Assembly (NCBI GenBank): GCA_017998195.1
Contig: JAGODN010000001.1
Span: 1-35,407, forward strand
Origin: Desulfobulbus sp.
GTDB lineage: Bacteria; Desulfobacterota; Desulfobulbia; Desulfobulbales; Desulfobulbaceae
DNA: 35,407 nucleotides
Reading direction: 5' to 3'
Below the pieces are notes generated by a model. That model had not been told where the DNA came from and did no database searches. It saw only the letters and a list, made by a program, of their open reading frames with translations. A program made the translations under genes and the position numbers. This document shows positions 9,885 through 17,191 of the stretch, in pieces (the stretch's first letter is position 1; each line of letters opens with the position of its first letter).

Positions 9885-10661
9885 TTATCGGCGGCGGGGC
9901 CGGGCGACGATGTACATCGGGTGATAGGTGAGGTGCACCCCGCGCGGGCCGGAAAAACGCTGCCCGTATTCCGCCAGGAAGCCGTTCAGCTGGCGGCGGG
10001 TCCAGGTCCGCTGCTGGCCGATGGCGTTGACCCCGGTGGCTCGCAGATGGTGGAGTACCGAGATGGGGTCGGGGAACCAGAGGGTCTCGCGCGACTGCTC
10101 GGCCGCGCGCAGTTCGAACTCCGTCCCGACCACGGCCATCAGCTGCTCCAGGTCCATGTAGCGCAGGCCGAGGCCGGTCACGGCGCGGATCTCGCGCAGG
10201 TTCTCCCGGCCGTACAGGGCCAGGGCCAGGACGCCGTCCGGAGTGAGGTGGGCGGCCAGCTTGCGGCAGAGGCGGGGCAGGTCGTGCACCCACTGCAGGG
10301 TCGAGGAACTGATGATCAGGTCATAGCGGCAGGGCAACTCCACTGTCTCGATGTCGCCCGCCAGGAACAGAACCCGGGCGGACAGCCGGCCCGCCTTGCG
10401 GCCCACGCACTGCTCGAAGGCATCGACCAGGTCGCTCACCGTGAGTTGGGCGAACTGCGGGAACCGGTCGATGATTTTCTCGGTGAGCAGCCCGGTGCAG
10501 CAGCCGATCTCCAGGATGCGCCCAGGGTCCGCCCCGGGCACGGCCGAGGCGAGCAGGGCCAGCAGCCGGTCCGCCACCAGCAGCTGCACCTGGGCCTGCT
10601 CCTCGTAGGTGGCGGCCGCCTGTTCGAAGCGCAGCTTGATGACCTGTTTATCCGGCATCAT
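9885..10661 (-). CDS. bioC: Malonyl-ACP O-methyltransferase BioC
   Basis: DKQVIKLRFEQAAATYEEQAQVQ, ILEIGCCTG, DLIISSSTLQW, LRATGVN and LTYHP. Adjacent to bioD. Confidence 0.85.
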   Translation of the reverse strand: MMPDKQVIKLRFEQAAATYEEQAQVQLLVADRLLALLASAVPGADPGRILEIGCCTGLLTEKIIDRFPQFAQLTVSDLVDAFEQCVGRKAGRLSARVLFLAGDIETVELPCRYDLIISSSTLQWVHDLPRLCRKLAAHLTPDGVLALALYGRENLREIRAVTGLGLRYMDLEQLMAVVGTEFELRAAEQSRETLWFPDPISVLHHLRATGVNAIGQQRTWTRRQLNGFLAEYGQRFSGPRGVHLTYHPMYIVARPRRR

Positions 10662-10797
10662 GGCCGCAGTGTCGGGCCCGTCGATGCCGCGCGGACCGGC
10701 AGCTTCCGGAGCGGGCCGCGGCGACTCCGCACCGCCGGAGCCGAACCGGTCCCAGCGGGTCGCTCTGCCCGGGGTGTACGGGGCCTCGTCCACGGGT

Positions 10798-11262
10798 TCA
10801 GAAGCCCCACAGCAGGCTGTTTTCGATCCAGCCGGTGACACCCTCGCCGTGCTCCACCCGCACCCAATCGCCTTTTTTGCCGAGTTTTTTGAACACCACC
10901 CCGTACCTCGCCTGGGCCACGACCTCGGCCTTGCGGTTCGGCTCCTTGCGCACGTTGATGGTCTTGTCCGTGCCCTTGTTGGCCCGGACCACCACGTGCT
11001 GGGCAGTATTGACGGTGTTTTTCTGGACCCAGCCGGTGCTGCCCTCGAAGTCCTTCACCTGCAGCCAGTCAGCGGAGCGCTTGACCACCTCCAGGGGGAA
11101 ACCGCTGCCCACCTTCCAGAGGATCTCGTTGTTGGTGCCCGGGCCGGAGCGCATGTTCACGTCCTCGCCGGCGACGGCCACCATTTCCGCCAGGGCAGCG
11201 GCCGGAGAGAACACCAGGCAGCACCAGGCAGTCACGGTCAGGAGGGTCAGTGTTCGGTTCAT
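10798..11262 (-). CDS. Secreted protein with two bacterial SH3 (SH3b-like) domains
   Basis: Signal peptide MNRTLTLL...AAALA/E. Repeats VNMRSGPG...WLQVKDFEGSTGWV and INVRKEP...WVRVEHGEGVTGWI. ATGA overlap with the upstream gene. Confidence 0.85.
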   Translation of the reverse strand: MNRTLTLLTVTAWCCLVFSPAAALAEMVAVAGEDVNMRSGPGTNNEILWKVGSGFPLEVVKRSADWLQVKDFEGSTGWVQKNTVNTAQHVVVRANKGTDKTINVRKEPNRKAEVVAQARYGVVFKKLGKKGDWVRVEHGEGVTGWIENSLLWGF

Positions 11263-12164
11263 GGGGCAAAGGTTCGCGGGCTGGGTTTTTCGGGGAGAGT
11301 CGGTCCGCCGGACAGGGTCAGGCCGGCCAGGTCCAGGGAGATCGCGTTGAACTCGCAGGCCTGGGTCATGCACTTCAGGCAGCGGATGCACTCGCTGCTC
11401 GCCGGCGTCTCGTTGAAGCGGATGCCCACCGGGCAGACGGCATGGCAGGCGCCACATGTAGTACAGGCATCCGCTGAAAATTTCAACCTAATCAGGCTGA
11501 CCCGGTTGAACAGGCCATAAAAGGCGCCCAGCGGGCAGAGCGCCCGGCAGAACGGCCGCGACACCGGCACGCTCCAGAGGAGCACCGCGGCGAGCACCGC
11601 CAGTTTGCCCGCAAACAGCCAGCCGGTGAGCGTGCGCAACTCCGGCATGAGCAGCAGCATGGGGATGCCGGCCTCGAGGGTTCCGGCCGGGCACACGGCC
11701 TTGCAGAACCAGGGACGGCCGAGGCCGAAACTGTCCACCAGGGTGAGCGGCAGGACGATGACGAGCAGAACGAGACAAAGGTATTTGCCGGCGCGGAGCA
11801 GTGGCGGCAGGCCGTATTTGCGGGTGGGAATGGCGTAGAGCAGTTCCTGGAGCAGTCCGAAGGGACAGGCCCAGCCGCAGATGAACCGGCCGAACAGGGT
11901 GCCGAGCAGTCCCACGCAGCCGAGCACGTAGGTGCCGACCAGCAGCTGGCCGCTCTGCAGGGAGAGGCGCACGCCGAGCAGCAGCTGCTGCAGGCTGCCG
12001 AAGGGACAAAAAGTGGTGGCCGCCGGACAGGAGAAACAGTTGAGCCCGGGCGAACAGAGTACCTTCAGCGGGCCCTGGTAGAGGGTGCCGGTGACCGGGA
12101 AGCCCCAGAAGCCGTTGGCCAGGAACACCCACAGGGCCTGCACCACCTTTCGCGCGCGTTCCAT
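11259..12164 (-). CDS. 4Fe-4S-binding polytopic membrane protein (NapH/MauN/YccM-like)
   Basis: CSPGLNCFSCP, CPFG, RFICGWACPFG, FCKAVCPAG, FCRALCPLG, two ferredoxin-type motifs (CTTCGACHAVCP, CIRCLKCMTQAC) and several hydrophobic helices. Confidence 0.85.
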   Translation of the reverse strand: MERARKVVQALWVFLANGFWGFPVTGTLYQGPLKVLCSPGLNCFSCPAATTFCPFGSLQQLLLGVRLSLQSGQLLVGTYVLGCVGLLGTLFGRFICGWACPFGLLQELLYAIPTRKYGLPPLLRAGKYLCLVLLVIVLPLTLVDSFGLGRPWFCKAVCPAGTLEAGIPMLLLMPELRTLTGWLFAGKLAVLAAVLLWSVPVSRPFCRALCPLGAFYGLFNRVSLIRLKFSADACTTCGACHAVCPVGIRFNETPASSECIRCLKCMTQACEFNAISLDLAGLTLSGGPTLPEKPSPRTFAP

Positions 12165-12166
12165 GG

Positions 12167-12367
12167 TCAGCCGACGCCGATGCACTCGAGGCAGACGGTG
12201 CGGGCCTGCTCGAGTACCCGCGCCGGTTCATCGACCGCGATGCCGATCACAAGGAGCAGCAGGAAGAACAGAAGGAGGAAAAGAGGGGCCCGCCGCAGCC
12301 CGTACCGGCGGGCCGGTCGTCCCCCGGGCGGGGAGGATGCCTGCCCGGCCGCAGGGCTGCGCTTCAC
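12167..12367 (-). CDS. Small membrane protein with C-terminal CxxC (CD1871A-like family), about 66 aa
   Basis: GTG start overlaps the parB stop (GTGA). One TM helix (LFLLLFFLLLLVIGIAV), ends CLECIGVG*, and stops 2 nt before the 4Fe-4S gene start. Confidence 0.75.
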   Translation of the reverse strand: MKRSPAAGQASSPPGGRPARRYGLRRAPLFLLLFFLLLLVIGIAVDEPARVLEQARTVCLECIGVG

Positions 12368-13239
12368 GGGCTGAGCAGACCGATGAGCCGGTCGAGGTCG
12401 TCGCTCGAGTAGTACTCGATCTCCAACCGGCCGCGCTGGCCCTGCTGGACGAGGCGTACCTTGGCGTTCAGGTGGTTGGTCAGCTGGTTGACCACGGCGG
12501 CGCAGTAGGTCGGCGGCAGTTCCTCGGACTGGGCCGCGGATGGCGCTTCGCGGCGCGCCGGTGCCTGTCCGGCCGGTTTCTGACGGCACAGTCGTTCCAC
12601 CGCGCGCACCGACAACTCCTCGTTGACGATGCGGTCGCGCACCTCCTGCAGTCGCTCGGGCTGATCCTTGAGGCGCAGCAGCACTCGGGCGTGGCCCTCA
12701 GTGAGCCGGCCGCGGGCGACATCCTCCTGCAGGGCGGACGGCAGGGCGAGCAGGCGCAGGACATTGGTGACGGTCGAGCGCTGGCGGCCCACCTTGCGCG
12801 CCACTTCCTCCTGGGTGAGCTGGAACTCGTCCATCAGGCGCGCGTAGGCGGCGGCCTCCTCGATGGGGTTGAGGTCGTGCCGTTGGATGTTCTCGATGAG
12901 GGCCAGCTCCAGGCTCTCATTGGCGCCGGTCTCCTCCATGAGTACCACCGGCACCTCGTCCAGCCCGGCCAGGCTGGCGGCGCGCAACCGGCGCTCACCC
13001 GCCACCAGGGTGTAGCGGTTGCCCTTGCCCCGGGTGACGAGCAGCGGCTGGATGATCCCCTTCTCGCGGATCGAGTCGGCCAACTGCTGCAGCTTGTCCT
13101 CGTCGAAGTAGCTCCGCGGCTGGTGCGGGTTTGCAGATATCTTGTCGATATCGCACAGGAAAAATTTTTCTTCCGTCTCCGCCGCGTCCTCCGGAAGGAG
13201 CGCCCCCACGCCTCGGCCCAACACGTTCTTGGTACTCAT
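12364..13239 (-). CDS. parB: Chromosome partitioning protein ParB
   Basis: LGRGVGALL N-terminal peptide, NPHQPR, GIIQPLLV, AGERRLRA (CTP-binding box), ALIENIQRHDLNPIEEA, HTH region, GHARVLL. Confidence 0.96.
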   Translation of the reverse strand: MSTKNVLGRGVGALLPEDAAETEEKFFLCDIDKISANPHQPRSYFDEDKLQQLADSIREKGIIQPLLVTRGKGNRYTLVAGERRLRAASLAGLDEVPVVLMEETGANESLELALIENIQRHDLNPIEEAAAYARLMDEFQLTQEEVARKVGRQRSTVTNVLRLLALPSALQEDVARGRLTEGHARVLLRLKDQPERLQEVRDRIVNEELSVRAVERLCRQKPAGQAPARREAPSAAQSEELPPTYCAAVVNQLTNHLNAKVRLVQQGQRGRLEIEYYSSDDLDRLIGLLSP

Positions 13240-13240
13240 C

Positions 13241-14017
13241 TCAGGCCTCCGCCCGCGCCCGCTTGAGGAACTCGCCGCCCAGCTGCCGGTAAGCCTTGGC
13301 GCCGCTGCAGTTGGCATCGTACTCGATGATGGTCTGGCCGTGGCTCGGGCTTTCGCTCAACCGGACGTTGCGCGGGATCACCGTCTTGTACACCTGGTCG
13401 CCGAAATGGTTCTGGATCTCGCTGGCCACCGAGTGTGTCAGCCGGTTTCTGCGGTCGTACATGGTCAGCAGCAGTCCCTCGATGAACAGATCCCGGTTGA
13501 GGGTCTTCTTGACCTTGCGGATGGTCTGAACCAGCTGCGCCAGTCCCTCCAGGGCGAAGTATTCGCACTGCATGGGTACGAGCACCGAGTCGGCCGCGGT
13601 CAGGCTGTTGATGGTGAGGATGCCCAGCGACGGCGGGCAGTCGATGAGGATGTAGTGGTAGGACTCGCGCAACGGCCGGAGGATCTGCTTGAGCCGCTTC
13701 TCCCGCTGTTCCTGGCTGATCAGTTCGATCTCGACCCCGACCAGATCGATGGAGGCCGGCAGGATGAACAGGTTCTTCTGCCCGGTGGGCAGGATACAGT
13801 CCCGCGCCTCTTTGGCGCCGGTGTAGCAGCTGTAGATGTTCCGGTCCTCGCTGGTGCGGAACACGCCCACGCCGCTGGAGGCGTTGCCCTGCGGGTCGGA
13901 GTCGACCAGCAGGACTTTTTTCCCGCGGGACGCGAGCACCGCGGCGAGGTTGAGGGCGGTGGTGGTCTTGCCGACACCGCCTTTCTGGTTGGCCAGGGCC
14001 ACGATTTTTGCATTCAA
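13241..14017 (-). CDS. parA: Chromosome partitioning ATPase ParA/Soj
   Basis: Likely TTG start at 14017 with GGAG 9 nt upstream. NQKGGVGKTTT, DSDPQGNAS, IDCPPSLG, PMQCEYFALEGL, IPRNVRLSESPSHG. Confidence 0.96.
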   Translation of the reverse strand: MNAKIVALANQKGGVGKTTTALNLAAVLASRGKKVLLVDSDPQGNASSGVGVFRTSEDRNIYSCYTGAKEARDCILPTGQKNLFILPASIDLVGVEIELISQEQREKRLKQILRPLRESYHYILIDCPPSLGILTINSLTAADSVLVPMQCEYFALEGLAQLVQTIRKVKKTLNRDLFIEGLLLTMYDRRNRLTHSVASEIQNHFGDQVYKTVIPRNVRLSESPSHGQTIIEYDANCSGAKAYRQLGGEFLKRARAEA

Positions 14018-14061
14018 AACAAAGTACTCCTGCGAACTCTTTCTTGATGAAACATTGGCCG

Positions 14062-14090
14062 AGTATACTATACTCCCGCTTTCCAGTGAA
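14062..14090 (-). promoter_or_regulatory. Candidate sigma70 promoter for parAB
   Basis: Minus strand TTCACT (14090-14085), 17-nt spacer, TATACT (14067-14062). Confidence 0.55.
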
Positions 14091-14121
14091 CTGTTCTCTC
14101 GTTCGTCCATCACTTTCCCCA

Positions 14122-14137
14122 TGTTTCACGTGAAACA
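14122..14137. other. parS: parS centromere-like site
   Basis: TGTTTCACGTGAAACA is an exact match to the canonical bacterial parS consensus. The palindrome extends to 24 bp (14118-14141) and lies about 100 bp upstream of parA. Confidence 0.95.
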
Positions 14138-14157
14138 TGGGCATGCGGGGCACAGGT

Positions 14158-15762
14158 ATGACGGCATACAGTGACGTACTCATCATCGGCAGCGGCGTGT
14201 CCGGGCTCTCGTTCGCCCTCAAGGTGGCCCGCTTTTCGCGGGTCACGCTGATCACCAAGAAAAAGAAGGCGGACTCGGCCACCAATCTGGCTCAGGGCGG
14301 GGTAGCGGCGGTCCTGTCGGTGGAGGATTCCGTCGAGGCCCATGTGACCGACACCCTGGTTTCCGGTGACGGCCTGTGCAACGAGGAGATCGTCCGTATC
14401 GTCACCACCGAGGGGCCGGCCCGGGTCCGTGAGCTGGTCGAGTTCGGGGTGCGCTTCCAGAAGGGGGAGCACGGCGAGGAGTTCGATCTCGGCATGGAAG
14501 GCGGGCATTCCACCCGCCGGGTGGCGCACGCCTCCGACCTCACCGGCAAGGAGATCGAGCGGGCCCTGCTGGCGCAGATCGCCCAACACCCGAACATCGA
14601 GGTGCTGGAGAACCACCTGGCCATCGACCTGCTCATCGAATCCAAGGCGCTTGGTCGTGAGCGGCAGGAGGGCGACCGCTGCCTGGGCGCGTATGTACTC
14701 AACCGCATCACCGGCGAGGTGGAGACCCGCCTGGCCGGAGTGACCGTGCTGTGCACCGGCGGGTGCGGCAAGGTCTACCTGTACACCACCAACCCGGACA
14801 TCGCCACCGGTGACGGCGTGGCCATGGCCTACCGGGCCGGGGCCCGGGTGGCCAACCTGGAGTTCATCCAGTTCCACCCGACCTGCTTCTTCAACCGCGA
14901 GGCGAAAAACTTCCTCATCTCCGAGGCGGTGCGCGGCGAGGGCGGGGTGCTCATCAATCAGCAGGGCGAAGCCTTCATGACGAAGTACGACCCGCGCGGC
15001 GACCTGGCCACCCGCGATGCGGTGGCCCGGGGCATCGACGCGGAGATGAAGGCGAGCGGCGCGGACTGCGTGTTCCTCGACATCACCCACAAGCCGGCCC
15101 GCTTCCTCATGGAGCGGTTCCCGAATATCTACCAGACCTGCAAGCAGTACGGCGTGGACCTGACCATCAAGCCCATCCCGGTGGTGCCGGCGGCCCACTA
15201 CATGTGCGGCGGGGTGCTGGTGGACGAATGGGGGCGGACCTCGCTCGGCAACCTGCTCGCCTTCGGCGAAACCGCCTGCACCGGCCTGCACGGTGCCAAC
15301 CGGCTGGCCAGCAACTCGCTGCTCGAGGCGGTGGTCTTTGCCCACCGGGGGGCGCTCTGGCTGCAGGACCACATCGCCGAGGTCCGCAACCTGCCCAGCC
15401 TGCGGGTGGACGACTGGCGCACCGGCGGGGCTGCTGTGCTCGACGAGTCGGTGCTGGTCAAGCACAACTGGGACCAGGTGCGCCAGCTCATGTGGAACTA
15501 CGTGGGCATTGTCCGCCGGACCAAACGGCTCGAACTCATGCAGAACCGCCTCACCTGGATGCTCCAGGAGATCAAGGACCACTTCTACGACTACCTGCTC
15601 ACCCCCGACCTGGTGGAACTGCGCAACCTGGCGGTGGTGGCGGAACTGATCGTGCAGAGCGCCAGCCGGCGCAAGGAGTCCCGCGGCCTGCACTATATCC
15701 TCGACTACCCGGACAAGAACGACCGCGACTTTCTCCGGGACACGGTGCTGCAGAAAGGCTGA
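14158..15762 (+). CDS. nadB: L-aspartate oxidase
   Basis: DVLIIGSGVSG, TNLAQGGVAA, EGGHSTRRVAH, QFHPT, LISEAVRGEG, PAAHYMCGG, GLHGANRLASNSLLE, RKESRGLHY. Confidence 0.95.
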   Translation: MTAYSDVLIIGSGVSGLSFALKVARFSRVTLITKKKKADSATNLAQGGVAAVLSVEDSVEAHVTDTLVSGDGLCNEEIVRIVTTEGPARVRELVEFGVRFQKGEHGEEFDLGMEGGHSTRRVAHASDLTGKEIERALLAQIAQHPNIEVLENHLAIDLLIESKALGRERQEGDRCLGAYVLNRITGEVETRLAGVTVLCTGGCGKVYLYTTNPDIATGDGVAMAYRAGARVANLEFIQFHPTCFFNREAKNFLISEAVRGEGGVLINQQGEAFMTKYDPRGDLATRDAVARGIDAEMKASGADCVFLDITHKPARFLMERFPNIYQTCKQYGVDLTIKPIPVVPAAHYMCGGVLVDEWGRTSLGNLLAFGETACTGLHGANRLASNSLLEAVVFAHRGALWLQDHIAEVRNLPSLRVDDWRTGGAAVLDESVLVKHNWDQVRQLMWNYVGIVRRTKRLELMQNRLTWMLQEIKDHFYDYLLTPDLVELRNLAVVAELIVQSASRRKESRGLHYILDYPDKNDRDFLRDTVLQKG

Positions 15763-15806
15763 CACAAAAAGCCCCCGGAGCGGGTCCGCTCCGGGGGCTT
15801 TTTGTG
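15763..15806. terminator. Bidirectional intrinsic terminator
   Basis: Perfect 21-bp inverted repeat cacaaaaagcccccggagcgg / ccgctccgggggctttttgtg between convergent genes. Confidence 0.9.
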
Positions 15807-15825
15807 GTCCTACCGGCCCACGCCG

Positions 15826-16698
15826 TCACTTCTGCGGCAGCATCTGCTTGAGCATCTCCAAACCCTGCTCCATCTCCCGTCGCATCTGCTCCTGTTCCGC
15901 ACCGGAGGCAGGGACGCCCTTTTCCAGGGACCGGGGCAGGCCGGCAGGAACCAGGCCGCCCGCCTGCTTCTTGAGCGACTCGATCCCTTCCGGACTCTTC
16001 AGGGTGGCCATCATCTGGCGCACGGTCTGGGCCATCATCTCCTCGCCTTCCTGGTCGATGGCAGCGGTGATGCCGGCCGGCGGGACGAAGGCCGAGGCCG
16101 GAACCGGGGATTTGGTGTCGATGGCCGTGGCCTCGACCGTACTGCGCATCCCCAGGACTGACATCTCGGAGCGCAAGACCAAGTCGGTGCCGCGCAGCAG
16201 GTAGACCGTGGACAGGTTGCCCACCGAGGTGACGTCGGCATCGTGACCGAGGATCCTGGTGGCGCTCTGCTTGACCGAACCACCGAACTGGCCCATCATG
16301 GCGCCGCCGAGCTGGTGAGCGTTCTTCTCGACATTCTTCTTTTCACCGTCGCTCAGCCTGGTGTATTCTTCCCGGTACAGTTTGGCTGGGTTGCTGACCC
16401 GGGTGCCGGTCCGTTTGTCCAGGTCATAGGTCGTCACCCAGTCCGCATCGGTGATCTCGATGGTCCGGGTGGTGGTACCGCTGCCCATGACGGCGGTCGC
16501 CGAGGTGCGGTGCTTTGACCGTATCTCTCCGTAATCTTTTATAAAGATCTTCTCTTTACCCTCTTCCGTGCCCTGCAGGACATAGGTGATGGTTGCCTCC
16601 TTGAAGGGCAACCTGGTCTCCCAGGGCAGGTTCTCGGCCAGGGCCGGGATCCGACCGACCACGAGGGTGAGGGCGAGGGTGAGCACGGCTGTCTTCAT
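15826..16698 (-). CDS. Secreted/periplasmic hypothetical protein (possibly DUF4412-like)
   Basis: AAGGAGG RBS before ATG 16698. Signal peptide MKTAVLTLALTLVVGRIPALA/E and a beta-rich body (ILGHDADV, F.PPAGI). The family call is tentative. Confidence 0.7.
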   Translation of the reverse strand: MKTAVLTLALTLVVGRIPALAENLPWETRLPFKEATITYVLQGTEEGKEKIFIKDYGEIRSKHRTSATAVMGSGTTTRTIEITDADWVTTYDLDKRTGTRVSNPAKLYREEYTRLSDGEKKNVEKNAHQLGGAMMGQFGGSVKQSATRILGHDADVTSVGNLSTVYLLRGTDLVLRSEMSVLGMRSTVEATAIDTKSPVPASAFVPPAGITAAIDQEGEEMMAQTVRQMMATLKSPEGIESLKKQAGGLVPAGLPRSLEKGVPASGAEQEQMRREMEQGLEMLKQMLPQK

Positions 16699-16800
16699 GG
16701 GGGCCTCCTTGTGGCGGTGAAGGGGACGGGGCGCTGCAAACCGGGGCGCCGATGATGTTCGGACCAGGGCGGCACAAGCAATCAGAACCCGGGAGGGGGC

Positions 16801-17184
16801 ATGTTTTCCTGCATCCAGGCCATAGCAGAACGCAAAATCCAGCAGGCGATCACGGACGGAACCCTGCCGGACCTCAGTCACTGGAAAAACAAGCCGCTGC
16901 CGCCGGACGACCTGGCCGGCGTGCCCGCCGACCTGCGCATGGCCTACCGGCTGCTCAAAAACGCGGGCTACGTGCCCGAGGAGGTGGCCATGCACCGGGA
17001 GATCAACCGCCTCGAGGAACTGCTGCCGCAGTGCGCCGACGAACGGGAAAAGATCCGCCAACTGCGGCGCATCGCCTGCCTCAGGACCCGGCTGGAGAAC
17101 CGCACGGGCCGGTCCCTGCAACTCGGCGAGGACGGCGAGTACTACGGCCGGGTGGTGGACCGGCTGTCGACCCCGCGCAGGTGA
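16801..17184 (+). CDS. DUF1992 family protein (DnaJ-associated domain)
   Basis: IAERKIQQAI..G...L...KNKPL and PADLRMAYRLLKNAGYVPEEV signature. GGAGG RBS. Confidence 0.85.
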   Translation: MFSCIQAIAERKIQQAITDGTLPDLSHWKNKPLPPDDLAGVPADLRMAYRLLKNAGYVPEEVAMHREINRLEELLPQCADEREKIRQLRRIACLRTRLENRTGRSLQLGEDGEYYGRVVDRLSTPRR

Positions 17185-17191
17185 GTCCGGT

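Noticed and set aside
16534-16548. AT-rich dyad ATCTTT-TAT-AAAGAT
   Set aside because: It lies inside a CDS, about 250 nt from the nearest downstream start on the plus strand, and is short enough to be chance.
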